A stretch of 62,433 nucleotides of DNA, counting the filler, from Clostridia bacterium (GTDB lineage: Bacteria; CBDUZB01; JAGLHV01): assembly GCA_030637025.1 (NCBI GenBank). It is 4 parts of 4 records of this genome, joined end to end, with 100 filler letters (N's around TTAATTAATTAA, not from the genome) between each part and the next. Parts side by side here need not be neighbours in the genome. Positions count along the whole stretch, not along the records: positions 1 to 23,891 come from DAOVVV010000036.1; 3 more parts are not named here. One strand, given 5' to 3'. The stretch's first letter is position 1; each line of letters starts with the position of its first letter. The translations under genes and the position numbers were made by a program. Shown piece by piece: positions 10,190-19,790 of this stretch. A model generated the notes under the pieces. It was not told the DNA's origin. It did no database searches and saw nothing but the letters and a program-made list of their open reading frames with translations.

Positions 10190-10900
10190 ATGACTATAAC
10201 TAAAAATAAACAATCAATTTACGCTAAAAGACTTAAAGCTATTCAAGAAGTCAGTAAGACGATTGTTTCTGACCTTTATCTCGATGACATATTGTGTTTG
10301 ATTGTTACTGTGACGGCTAAGGTAATGGGTTCAAAAATATGTTCTTTGATGCTTTTGGATGAAGAAAAGAAAGAATTGGTTATTCGGTCCAGTCATTCAG
10401 TCAGTAAAGCTTACAATAAAAAACCTAATATAAAATTGGGAGAGGGTATTTCCGGTCAGGTGGCCAAAGAAAATAAAGAGATTCAGGTTATTGATGTAAA
10501 GAAAAATTCCCGGTATGTAAATAAAAACATAGCAGTAACTGAGAATTTATGTTCTCTTTTAAGTGTTCCTTTAAGCGTTAAAGGGCGGGTAATTGGGGTA
10601 ATAAATAGTTATACATCCAAACCTCATAAATTCACTAAAAGTGAAACAGAGACTCTTATTGCCGTGGCTAATCAGGCGGCAATTGTTATTGAAAATGCTC
10701 AGTTGATGGTGAAAACAAAGATTATTCAGGAAGAGATGGAAACAAGAAAGCTGGTAGAAAGAGCAAAAGGAATTTTAATGAAAGAAAACAGATTAAGTGA
10801 AGAGGAATCTTTTCGACGCCTACAAAGAAAAAGTATGGATAACCGAAAATCAATGAAGGAAATTGCTGAAGCAATTATTATTTCTCACCAAGTTTTATAA
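10190..10900 (+). CDS. GAF-ANTAR domain RNA-binding regulator
   Basis: GAF (SLLSVPL..GRVIGVIN..F...E) plus ANTAR (RKLVERAKGILM...EEESFRRLQRKSMD.RKSMKEIAEAII). Confidence 0.92.
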   Translation: MTITKNKQSIYAKRLKAIQEVSKTIVSDLYLDDILCLIVTVTAKVMGSKICSLMLLDEEKKELVIRSSHSVSKAYNKKPNIKLGEGISGQVAKENKEIQVIDVKKNSRYVNKNIAVTENLCSLLSVPLSVKGRVIGVINSYTSKPHKFTKSETETLIAVANQAAIVIENAQLMVKTKIIQEEMETRKLVERAKGILMKENRLSEEESFRRLQRKSMDNRKSMKEIAEAIIISHQVL

Positions 10901-11047
10901 TCTAAAATATAAGCCTCTTTCCAAACTGTATTTCTTGTGCCTGCCATTTTTTCAGGCGGGTCATTCCTGTTTTTTTCTGCTTGTCCGCCAGTCCATAAGG
11001 CGGGTCATTCCTGCGAAAGCAGGAATCCATTTTGTCGATGATAGTCT

Positions 11048-11375
11048 AAATCTCCCTAACCCCCTTTTTCAAAGGGGAAAAATTTGTTCGCGTCATACAT
11101 TGTCATAAACTATGTTTTTAATATTCTTTCAAACTCCCAAATTCCTGTTTTATCCGTCAGTCAATAAGGAGGATCTTTCTCTTTTTATTTTGTGCCTCTA
11201 TGCCTTGATGCCTTTTCTTTTTACTATCTTTGTTTTTTATTTCTTTAACTCATAACTTATAACTAATAACTCATAACTGTAGTTTCTGTCTGTTGTCTAT
11301 GGATTATCGACTCTGGACTATGGACTATCTTTTAACTTTGTCTTTATTCCGTTGTCTATGGACTATGGACTGTTT
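11048..11375 (-). repeat. Inverted copy of the composite intergenic element
   Basis: 11165-11303 is the reverse complement of 3405-3543; 11048-11110 matches the reverse complement of ~24725-24785. Confidence 0.88.
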
Positions 11376-11483
11376 TATTTTGACACAATAACCAAAATTC
11401 AGTTATTGACATGTTTGGCGAAATAATGTTTAATAACGGCGATATACTATAACCCTTTTGTTGACAGGCAGGGAGATAAAATA

Positions 11484-12569
11484 ATGCCACAGTCTTTAAG
11501 AAACGTTTCCAGCCAAAAACTCAAGCATTTACCAAAACTGATTGGCCGAATGCAGTTAGCGGATTTGATGGATTTAAAGGAAATGGAATTTAAGGAACTT
11601 ATAAAGCATATAGAACATAGTCCTTTATTTAAAAAATTAACTTATCCTGTTAGTTTTAAAGATAAAAAAGAAAAAGTTATTTCTTTTGTTAAGTTTCCTA
11701 AAACAAAAATAATCCGGGCATATGAACTTAAAGAAGAAATTTTAGCTGATAAATCAGAAGTTTCCATAGAATCATTGCTGGAAGGAAGGGAAGATGTAAT
11801 TAAAGTTATCAAACAGTTGGGGATTGCCAAATTCAGGGAATATTTTCTGGATTGCCGTGATAATTTAAGCTTGGAAGAAATAGCCGAAGAATGTAGTATG
11901 AAAATAGAAAAAGTAACTGAAATAATCGATTTGGTTAATGATATTTCCATTCAGAGTTCTTTTACTACTCCTGCAATAACCGATCCCTCCACCCGGTTAT
12001 TTTATAATAAGGTTGCTTCCATTGAAAAAGAACAGGATGGATTTTCGATAGGATATTTTGATTTTTGTTATGTTAAGGGAAAATATTCAATTGATTATGA
12101 GAAATTGGCTCAATTAAAGAAAGAAGGAAAATTTAATTCAAAGCAAATAAAAGAACTGGATAATTTAACTAAAACACTGGAATTGATTAATAGCAGGAGA
12201 AATACTTTATATCAAATCTTGCAGGAAATAATTAAAAAGCAAAATAAATTTTTACTTAGCGGTAATAAAAAAGATCGAAAAGTATTTACTCAAAAAGAGA
12301 TAGCACGAATTATAGAAAAAGATTCCAGTCTTGTCTCTCGGGCGATAAAACTTAAAAGTGTGCAAGTTCCGTGGGGGAAAGAAATGATGTTAAAGGATTT
12401 TTTTCCGGACAGAAAAACAATAATAAAAGAATTTTTACAGGAAATTCTTGCCGAAAATAAAGATAAACTTAGTGACCGACAATTGACTGATATAATAAAA
12501 AAACAATTTCGGATAAATCTTTCACGAAGGTCTGTAAATGATTATCGAAGAGAAATTAATTCTAATTAA
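11484..12569 (+). CDS. Atypical sigma-54 (RpoN)-like protein
   Basis: Region I-like N-terminus (QLADLMDL..E..E...NP-like), HTH-like TQKEIA...SLVSRAI..K, LSDRQL and degenerate RpoN box LSRRSVNDYR; 361 aa. Confidence 0.7.
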   Translation: MPQSLRNVSSQKLKHLPKLIGRMQLADLMDLKEMEFKELIKHIEHSPLFKKLTYPVSFKDKKEKVISFVKFPKTKIIRAYELKEEILADKSEVSIESLLEGREDVIKVIKQLGIAKFREYFLDCRDNLSLEEIAEECSMKIEKVTEIIDLVNDISIQSSFTTPAITDPSTRLFYNKVASIEKEQDGFSIGYFDFCYVKGKYSIDYEKLAQLKKEGKFNSKQIKELDNLTKTLELINSRRNTLYQILQEIIKKQNKFLLSGNKKDRKVFTQKEIARIIEKDSSLVSRAIKLKSVQVPWGKEMMLKDFFPDRKTIIKEFLQEILAENKDKLSDRQLTDIIKKQFRINLSRRSVNDYRREINSN

Positions 12570-12588
12570 TTTTTTAAGGGAGTAAACG

Positions 12589-13884
12589 ATGAAAGATGTT
12601 CAGCAGGAAGTAAAAAGATTAAGGGAATTGTCTGCTTTACATGAAATAAGCAAATCTATGCAGACTCTGGACCTGGAACAGATTCTCCATTTGATTTTGG
12701 AAGGGGTGACCAGGGTTATCGGATTTGACCGCACCAGGCTTTATCTGATTAATGAACAAAAAAAAGAACTTGAATGTAAGATAGCTATAGGGATAGAGAG
12801 AGAAAAAATAAAAGATGTTCGGTTATCTCTGGATAAAAAAAATAGTATGGTTGCCCGTTCAATACTGGAAAAAAAGTCTTTTAATATTGAAAATGCACTT
12901 ACTGATTCGCGGGTAAATAAAAGCTTAAAGGAACTATTTGGCCTTAAGTCCTTTGCAGTAGTACCTATTTTAGGACGGGATAAGGCATTAGGTGCCATAA
13001 CTGCGGATAATCTTTTTAGTGACCGGATAATCACTCCGGAAAAATTTGAATCGCTGATTACTTTTGCTAACCAGGCAGGCCTGGCCCTGGAAAATGCGAA
13101 AATGTATGATGAATTAAAGTCATTTAATACCCAATTAGAAGAAAAAATTAAAATTGCTACCCACAACTTAAGAAAAACGCAAGATAAACTTATTCAATCG
13201 GAAAAATTAGCTGCTTTAGGAAAACTTAGTGCCGGGATTGCCCACGAGATAAAAAATCCCTTAACCAGTATCAAACTATTAGTTCATTCCCTGGCTAAGG
13301 AAATCCAGCATAATGAAATGGCAAAAAAAGATATTAAAGTTATTGAAGATGAGGTAGAAAGGGTTAATCAAATTATTAACCGGTTCTTTGATTTTGCCCG
13401 CCCTAAAGAACCGGAATTTTCTTCCATAGACATAAATCAGGTTTTGGAAGAAATTATTGCTTTGATTTCAGGGGAAATAAAAGAATGGAATATAATAATA
13501 GAAAAGGAATTTTTACCATTATCTTTTGTTAGGGCGGATAAGGGGCAAATAAAACAGGTATTTTTAAATTTATTTTTAAATGCTATTCAGGTGATGCCCA
13601 ATGGAGGAGGACTAAAAATTAGTACCAGACAAAATGAAAATTATGTACAGATAGAAATTACGGATGAAGGAGAGGGAATAGCAGAAGATAATAAGAATAA
13701 ATTGTTTGAGCCCTTTTTTACTACCAAAGAAGAGGGTATTGGTTTAGGTTTATCTATTGTGAAGAGGATTATTGAAGACCATAAAGGATGGATAAAGATA
13801 AATAATGCAAAACCTAAAGGAGCAATAGTTACTATAACCTTTCCCTGTCTGAATAATAAAAAAAATGAAAACATTAAAAATTAA
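12589..13884 (+). CDS. GAF sensor histidine kinase (NtrB-like kinase core)
   Basis: SEKLAALGKLSAGIAHEIKNPL H-box, QVFLNL..NA, D.G.G, FEPFFTTK, G.GLGL. Confidence 0.93.
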   Translation: MKDVQQEVKRLRELSALHEISKSMQTLDLEQILHLILEGVTRVIGFDRTRLYLINEQKKELECKIAIGIEREKIKDVRLSLDKKNSMVARSILEKKSFNIENALTDSRVNKSLKELFGLKSFAVVPILGRDKALGAITADNLFSDRIITPEKFESLITFANQAGLALENAKMYDELKSFNTQLEEKIKIATHNLRKTQDKLIQSEKLAALGKLSAGIAHEIKNPLTSIKLLVHSLAKEIQHNEMAKKDIKVIEDEVERVNQIINRFFDFARPKEPEFSSIDINQVLEEIIALISGEIKEWNIIIEKEFLPLSFVRADKGQIKQVFLNLFLNAIQVMPNGGGLKISTRQNENYVQIEITDEGEGIAEDNKNKLFEPFFTTKEEGIGLGLSIVKRIIEDHKGWIKINNAKPKGAIVTITFPCLNNKKNENIKN

Positions 13885-14014
13885 ACAATTAAATATAGGG
13901 ATAAGATAATAAATATAATTATAATGTTATGATAGGAAAAAAGTTCTGCGAAATAACACATTCTGCCTGCCTGTCCGCCAGTCAGTAATGTGGATCCGTC
14001 AGTCTATAATGCGG

Positions 14015-14244
14015 GTCATTCCGCACTTGATGCGGAATCTATGATGTAATAGATTCCTGCTTTCGCTGGAATGACAATGTGCTTAAAATATCTATAGATT
14101 CCTGCTCTCTATACTATGGCATAATCCCCTTTTTGGTAGTCGCAGGCTTTAGCCTGCGGAAAATCTTCGATGATAACGCAACCTAAAGGTTGCGGCTACC
14201 TCACAAAAACCTGAGTTGTGACACAGTTTGTTCGCAGGAAGGAC
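14015..14244. repeat. Nested REP/MITE cluster
   Basis: GTCATTCC/GGAATGAC pair 14015-14075; GTAG-type REP pair 14135-14200 (ggtagtcgcaggctttagcctgcg / cgcaacctaaaggttgcggctacc). Confidence 0.8.
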
Positions 14245-14304
14245 AAAAAAGATAAAAAGCTATTTTGTAGAAGTCTAACGATAGGGAAAGAAAGGAGAAT
14301 AACA

Positions 14305-14649
14305 ATGATTACTAAAAAACTGTCTGAAGTTGAAATTATGGATAATGCTCATGGTGTTGACGCCCGAAATCTTTACAATACAGAAGATGCTATGATTTCA
14401 GTTATTACATTGGAACCCGGGCAATCATTGAAGCGCCATATTACTCCTGTTAATGTGGCATTTTATGTGCTCGAAGGCTCGGGAATAGTGGAAGTTGGTG
14501 ACGAGAAGATGGAAGTCACAAAAGACACACTTATAGAAAGTCCGAAGGACATCGTACATTGCTGGCATAATGAAAGTAGTAGTCTATTACGGTTCATGGT
14601 AGTAAAAGCACCCAAACCAACAAAAAAGACTGTGTTTGTAGGTAGTTGA
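14305..14649 (+). CDS. Cupin domain protein (cassette)
   Basis: LEPG..L..H...FYVLEG.G...P....H motif; RBS aaggag before ATG 14305. Confidence 0.88.
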   Translation: MITKKLSEVEIMDNAHGVDARNLYNTEDAMISVITLEPGQSLKRHITPVNVAFYVLEGSGIVEVGDEKMEVTKDTLIESPKDIVHCWHNESSSLLRFMVVKAPKPTKKTVFVGS

Positions 14650-14659
14650 AAAAAAATAA

Positions 14660-14719
14660 GCATAACAAAGCGTTGCACAACGACGAAATAAACCGCGAGT
14701 GTGAATGCTGTCGTTAAAA
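14660..14719 (+). other. attC site
   Basis: GCATAAC-aaagcgttgcac...gtgaatgctgtc-GTTAAAA, directly after a stop codon and before the next RBS. Confidence 0.75.
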
Positions 14720-14727
14720 GGAGAAAA

Positions 14728-14994
14728 ATGGATATGATTAGAATTATCATTGGCATAATAGGATTAAGTGGTTTTATGTATGGCTTTTATTGTCAAGAGA
14801 AGGCAATAAAACATATATCAAAAGAAAAAATTGCAGAACTAAAAGATACAAGCATATTATGTAGACGAATGCCTTCAAAAAAAGTTTTAAGCGACGAAGG
14901 ATTAAAATATTACAAAGGATTCTGTGTTGGTGCAGGAATATTCGTAACAAGTATCATATTAATTGTAATAATTTCTCAATTTATTAAGAATTAG
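14728..14994 (+). CDS. Hypothetical two-TM membrane protein (cassette)
   Basis: RBS aggag, two hydrophobic segments. Confidence 0.6.
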   Translation: MDMIRIIIGIIGLSGFMYGFYCQEKAIKHISKEKIAELKDTSILCRRMPSKKVLSDEGLKYYKGFCVGAGIFVTSIILIVIISQFIKN

Positions 14995-15083
14995 CTTCTA
15001 GTAACTTCATTCAGTTGACTGTGATTTGTGGCTCGTGCCCCCAGCAGCTTAATCGATTGTTTAATCAACGTCTCTCAAAATCG

Positions 15084-15262
15084 TCCATTCTAATAAGACC
15101 TTTATCAATTTATGCATCCACAATATAACTATTAAATATTATATCTTTTGTCGTCGGTCAAGAGAAAAAAATAAAGAAGTTGACAGTAACTCCTTTGTTT
15201 TCTATAATGATGTAGTGTAGTTTTGTGAAAATAGAGTAACCGGATAATATATAATGTTAGGA
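15084..15262 (+). promoter_or_regulatory. Repeated promoter plus attI-like module, copy 1
   Basis: TTGACA(15180)-N17-TATAAT(15203); ends gtaaccggataatatataatGTTAGGA; homologous to 16648-16826 and 20308-20490. Confidence 0.8.
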
Positions 15263-15270
15263 TCAAAATT

Positions 15271-15687
15271 ATGATAAAAATCTTAATATTTAAAATAATT
15301 AAATCAATCAGCATAATCTTTCCAATTATTTTTGTGGTAACATTGTTGATAGCTATCGTTAGTTTTAAACTTCTATTAAAAACAAACTTTCCGCACAATT
15401 TAAAAAAACTTATTTTCCCCAATCCAATGCAATATGATATAAAGGATAAGAAAAGAGAAATAGTGGGGATAAGGGTTACAAATATATTCATGTTTGTTAC
15501 GGGAGCTATTGTTCTGTTCTCTTTTATTTTCGGAAATATCGTGGGATGGATTAGTTCCGGTGATTTTAATAAAGTAAACATGCCGGCTGTTACTATACCT
15601 TTTTTTTCGTGTTTCATCATCGCGCAATTCATAATTAAAAGATATTACAAAAAAATTATGCGTTTGCATAATATTTCTGATAAATAA
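15271..15687 (+). CDS. Hypothetical membrane protein (cassette)
   Basis: Three hydrophobic segments; followed by a degenerate attC. Confidence 0.6.
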   Translation: MIKILIFKIIKSISIIFPIIFVVTLLIAIVSFKLLLKTNFPHNLKKLIFPNPMQYDIKDKKREIVGIRVTNIFMFVTGAIVLFSFIFGNIVGWISSGDFNKVNMPAVTIPFFSCFIIAQFIIKRYYKKIMRLHNISDK

Positions 15688-15690
15688 AAG

Positions 15691-15761
15691 TTCTAACTAC
15701 TCGCTTCCCCTGATATTTTTCCGCTCCGATCCAAAAGGCAGGTGAACTTAGTCCTTATGTG
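15691..15761 (+). other. Degenerate attC site
   Basis: TTCTAAC-tactcgcttcccctg...caggtgaacttagtc-CTTATGT. Confidence 0.55.
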
Positions 15762-15838
15762 GAATTCCGAACCCTGCTTTTAAGAAAGAGAAATATAGGA
15801 TGGCATATAAAGTAGTTTTTTAAATAATAAAATTAGAG

Positions 15839-16579
15839 ATGGGGAATGACTTTATGAAACAAAATTTAGAAATATACAATCAATTGGATTGGTGGAATCC
15901 TCAACACTCACTTAAGCAAATGGTTCCTATTAAATTTAATTATTTTAGTAATAAAATTGGAAATCTTAAAGGTTTGAAAATTTTAGATATTGGGTGCGGG
16001 GGCGGTCTTTTATCGGAAGAATTTGCCGGGAGGGGTGCCGAGGTTACAGGAGTAGATATTTCGGAAAAATCTCTTGAAATTGCTAAAAGTCATGCTTTAG
16101 AAAATAAACTAAAAATCAATTATAAAAGTGGATATGCCGAAAATATTCCTGCGGAAGACAATACATTTAATGCTGTAATATGTGCAGACTGTCTTGAACA
16201 TGTTGATAATCTTGAAAAAGTAATTAAAGAGATTTCCAGAGTACTTAAAAATGATGGGTTTTTTTGTTATGATACTATTAACAGAACTTTTTTGTCAAAA
16301 ATTGCTGTTGGTTGGATTGCAAATAGTGTCTTAAAATGGCAAAATCGACAGTTAAATGTTTCTGAAAAAAATTATGCTGTGCATGATTGGAAAAAATTTA
16401 TAAAACCTGCAGAACTTTTTCAATTAATGAATAAATACGACTTAAAAAACGTTGAGATAAAAGGAATACAATTTGATGGGATTAAAAATGGTAGTTTCAA
16501 GGCTAAAATCGGGGAAAATACAAAAATAGCATACATTGGCTATGCTAATAAAGATATTGAAAAAGGAAAAAGGGATTAA
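15839..16579 (+). CDS. UbiG-like class I SAM-dependent O-methyltransferase
   Basis: WW motif near N-terminus, LDIGCGGGLLSE, LEHV, TINRT, HDW.KFIKP.EL. Confidence 0.85.
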   Translation: MGNDFMKQNLEIYNQLDWWNPQHSLKQMVPIKFNYFSNKIGNLKGLKILDIGCGGGLLSEEFAGRGAEVTGVDISEKSLEIAKSHALENKLKINYKSGYAENIPAEDNTFNAVICADCLEHVDNLEKVIKEISRVLKNDGFFCYDTINRTFLSKIAVGWIANSVLKWQNRQLNVSEKNYAVHDWKKFIKPAELFQLMNKYDLKNVEIKGIQFDGIKNGSFKAKIGENTKIAYIGYANKDIEKGKRD

Positions 16580-16647
16580 AAAACAAATACTTCAATTAAA
16601 TTATTAAACAACGTTTCTCAAAATCACTCTATATATCCCTTTAGCTT

Positions 16648-16826
16648 AAAATCCATTTTAATAACACTTTATTAATTTATACATCCACTCTATAACTATT
16701 AACTATCATATGTTTTGTCGTCGGTCAAGAGAAAAAAATAAAAAAGTTGACAGGAACTCCCTTTTTTTTATAGTATGTAATATAGTTTTGTGAAAACAGA
16801 GTAACCGGATAATTATAATGTTATGC
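16648..16826 (+). promoter_or_regulatory. Repeated promoter plus attI-like module, copy 2
   Basis: TTGACA(16747)-N16-TATAGT; ends gtaaccggataattataatGTTATGC. Confidence 0.8.
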
Positions 16827-17200
16827 ATAAAATAAAAAATATCTTATTTACATTGATAGCGATTATTCTCCTATCAGTAATTTATTTTGCTATCAGACAC
16901 CAGATAGTTAAGAGTGCGGACAATGATTCGGATTCCTTTTTTGCTAGTTTTCTTCATACTGAAGATAGTTTTTTGTCACACCACCTTCAGTATCTTAAGT
17001 CAGATCATACATATGCTTTAGCTATTATCGGTATACACAAGGATGATATTAGCAATTTTAATTATAAAAACTCAACCCCGAAAATTAATTTTATGTTGAA
17101 TGAAGCAACTGTAGAAGTCTCGTGGCATTTAAAGATTGTATTTTCTAGAATGGATGACGGTTGGTTTATTACAAAACTTGATGAGTATATTGATAATTGA
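16823..17200 (+). CDS. Hypothetical protein with N-terminal TM (cassette)
   Basis: ATG lies inside the GTTATGC core; followed by a clear attC. Confidence 0.65.
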   Translation: MHKIKNILFTLIAIILLSVIYFAIRHQIVKSADNDSDSFFASFLHTEDSFLSHHLQYLKSDHTYALAIIGIHKDDISNFNYKNSTPKINFMLNEATVEVSWHLKIVFSRMDDGWFITKLDEYIDN

Positions 17201-17206
17201 AATGAG

Positions 17207-17288
17207 GCATAACAAATCGCTCCACGCCGACCAGATTTACCGCCTAAAAAACGGCGTCGATTCTGGCGGGTGAGCTCGGGCGTTAGGA
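17207..17288 (+). other. attC site
   Basis: GCATAAC-aaatcgctccac-gccgaccaga...tctggcgg-gtgagctcgggc-GTTAGGA; best-formed site in the array. Confidence 0.9.
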
Positions 17289-17302
17289 GTAGGAAAATTA
17301 AT

Positions 17303-17878
17303 ATGAGAAAAAGAATCGGATATTTATTGTTTTTGTGCCTGATGACAACGGTTGCTAATGCATATCAACCTTTGCCGCCAGAACTAAAATATCATATTTC
17401 ACAAAATGAAAGATATTTACTGGAAATTTTGCCCTGTTCAAAACAATCCGCAGAAGATACAAAACATGGACTACAAAGAAATGCCTTAACTATTGTCATT
17501 TACGAAAAAGAAGACATACTCATCGGAGAGACAAAGGTATATTATTGGCAAGAGCAGACATTTTTTAGAGTCAAACATCCTGATAGTGTAGCTAACACTT
17601 TAGCGGAGGCTATACAAGGAGTTATTTCTAATGATGGCAATTGTATTGTAATTCTCTCCCAAGTAAATCCCATGGCTAGGATACATCCGGTTGATGATAT
17701 ACATGTATATGATAGATCCGGTAATTTGTTAAAAAGTTTCTCTCAAGAAGAAATATTCAAAAATCAGATAAAAGATGTTCTTTCAATATCAATTGATGAA
17801 AAGAAATATCAGATCAAGGCGGTATCTGTAGAAGGGGAAACTAAATATATTAGTTTAAAGACTTTCAAAATCAAATAA
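17303..17878 (+). CDS. Hypothetical secreted protein (cassette)
   Basis: Signal peptide ending ANA; ATG 17303 follows the attC. Confidence 0.65.
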   Translation: MRKRIGYLLFLCLMTTVANAYQPLPPELKYHISQNERYLLEILPCSKQSAEDTKHGLQRNALTIVIYEKEDILIGETKVYYWQEQTFFRVKHPDSVANTLAEAIQGVISNDGNCIVILSQVNPMARIHPVDDIHVYDRSGNLLKSFSQEEIFKNQIKDVLSISIDEKKYQIKAVSVEGETKYISLKTFKIK

Positions 17879-18001
17879 AAGGGGACGTCCCCCTTATAAT
17901 CCCAGTAACCCCTTTGTTTTTTATAATAATACAGGGAGAAGATAGGGGACAATACTATAACAAATCCCTGATCTCTATCGTTATACAGTAAAATATAAAA
18001 A

Positions 18002-18238
18002 ATGGAAAAATTTTGCGTATTTTGTGGCTCAAAACCCGAATCAAAGAATAAAGAACATATATTGCCTCAATGGTTGATAAAAATGAGAGACGATCCTAAT
18101 AGAGAGATTTATCTCGGCAGAAAATGGAATAGTCCTTCTTTGGAGAAGTGGAAATTTTCCTTTTCAAAAAAAAAGGAAAGATTTTGTGTAGGGAAAAAGG
18201 GATTAAAAAACAGATACTTCAATAAATTAAAATTTTAA
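18002..18238 (+). pseudogene. Truncated HNH-like protein N-terminus
   Basis: CxxC...EHILPQWL motif; from ~18172 the ORF runs into a repeated non-coding linker. Confidence 0.6.
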
Positions 18239-18414
18239 GCAACGTCTCCCAAGTCCCTCCCAAATAATAATTAGTTCCGAAAGGACGCAACGTCCCCTAA
18301 AATTCTTACTATAGGGGAGAAGAACGTATCTTTTTAGAAAACAATAGTATGTCCCCTAAAACTTATTTTGCCAAAAGGTAGGGGTAAAAAAAATATTATT
18401 TTAAGGAGGATGAA

Positions 18415-18942
18415 ATGACTGATTTTAAAGGCCGTATTATTCGTGCTGCTAAACTGGATGTTAATCTGTATGAAGAAGTTGAAGCTGACAGGAATGCATT
18501 AGGGCAAGCTATGTGGGTTGTTGTTCTCTCCAGTCTGGCGGCTGGTGTAGGAAGTATTGCAATGGGAGGACTTGGCGGAATTTTGATGGGAACAATCGCA
18601 GCTCTTGTTGGATGGTATGTTTGGGCATATCTCACTTATCTTATTGGTACCAGATTACTTCCGGAGCCACAGACCAAAGCAAATCACAGTGAGTTATTGC
18701 GAACTATTGGCTTTTCGAGTGCTCCTGGATTGATTCGGATACTGGGCATTATCCCGGGGTTGGCAAAAATCGTTTATCTAATCGCCTCAATTTGGATGCT
18801 GGTGGCAATGGTAATTGCAGTCAGACAAGCTCTTGATTATAAAAGCACATTACGCGCTGTAGGGGTTTGTGTGATTGGTTGGATTGTTCAAATATTAATC
18901 TTTGCCTTATTGTTTTCTTTTATAGGTGGTTTTGTAAGGTAG
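18415..18942 (+). CDS. YIP1 family membrane protein
   Basis: YEEVEAD..A..QA, LLRTIGFSSAPG, AVRQALDY.ST.RA pattern; multiple TMs. Confidence 0.8.
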   Translation: MTDFKGRIIRAAKLDVNLYEEVEADRNALGQAMWVVVLSSLAAGVGSIAMGGLGGILMGTIAALVGWYVWAYLTYLIGTRLLPEPQTKANHSELLRTIGFSSAPGLIRILGIIPGLAKIVYLIASIWMLVAMVIAVRQALDYKSTLRAVGVCVIGWIVQILIFALLFSFIGGFVR

Positions 18943-19192
18943 TCTAATGCTTTTTAAAAGCTATGGGGAAAAAAGGTGGATGTTGTTAAATAGTTAAATA
19001 ACTATTAACATAACTTTGTTTAAATCTGATAGCCAAAAAAACAGCAGAAGGGGTGAAAAAACAGCTAAAGCCAGAGTTTTGATATCCATGCCTCGGGCAA
19101 AGCTGTTTAGGGGAGCAGTGCGTTGCAATAGGCTTAGAATTAAACAAGAGCAGTGCCAGTATAAGCATAGCGTATAATCGGGGGGAAAAATA

Positions 19193-19705
19193 ATGAAAAT
19201 AAAATACGAGTCAACCATTGATGAAGCTGTTGCGACGCAATTACGCTTAATAGAACTCTCAAAAACTTTGAGAAAAATTAAATGGGAAGGGTTATTCTTT
19301 ATACCTATTATCTTTATAGCAGTCTATTTCATAATCTCGGGTAAAATGGTGGAAAAATTAACATGTGCTGTTTTCGCCAGCATCATATTTATTCCTATAT
19401 ATATAGCTTTGTATAAGCTAACAATAAAAAAGAGGATACGAAAGTTACTAATCGAAAGTTTTGGCACTGATAAACCTGTGCCTAGTGAGTATGAATTTGT
19501 TGAGGACGGATTGATTTTTCGTAAATTAGGTGTTGATATTAAATTCGAATGGAATAAAGTTACGGAAATCAATGAAGATGAAAAAATGTTAGAGTTTATC
19601 ATCGGAAAGAAAGGTCTTGCTTTAATTCCTAAAAGAATCTTTGAAAATGAGCAACAAAAGAATGAATGGTTAAATTATGCTAAACAAAAAACTAATATCT
19701 CCTAA
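19193..19705 (+). CDS. YcxB-like membrane protein (cassette)
   Basis: Two TMs followed by F.EDG.....W..V..I.E....LIPKRIF; TCCTAAC inverse core at the stop codon. Confidence 0.75.
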   Translation: MKIKYESTIDEAVATQLRLIELSKTLRKIKWEGLFFIPIIFIAVYFIISGKMVEKLTCAVFASIIFIPIYIALYKLTIKKRIRKLLIESFGTDKPVPSEYEFVEDGLIFRKLGVDIKFEWNKVTEINEDEKMLEFIIGKKGLALIPKRIFENEQQKNEWLNYAKQKTNIS

Positions 19706-19790
19706 CTACTTAACAATGTCCCTCTATTTTTATATATTTTACAGTGTAGTTTTCTGAAAATAGTTTATAATGTTATATGGAGGGTTAATA

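Noticed and set aside
15236-15262. XerCD dif site (ccggataa...atgtta)
   Set aside because: Resembles dif half-sites but the spacer is 3-4 nt rather than 6, and sequence after GTT varies with the downstream cassette, which fits an attI-like site better
18942-19190. Additional attC or small cassette between the YIP1 and YcxB genes
   Set aside because: Only weak cores (GTCTAAT...GTTAAAT) and no convincing paired arms, so it cannot be supported
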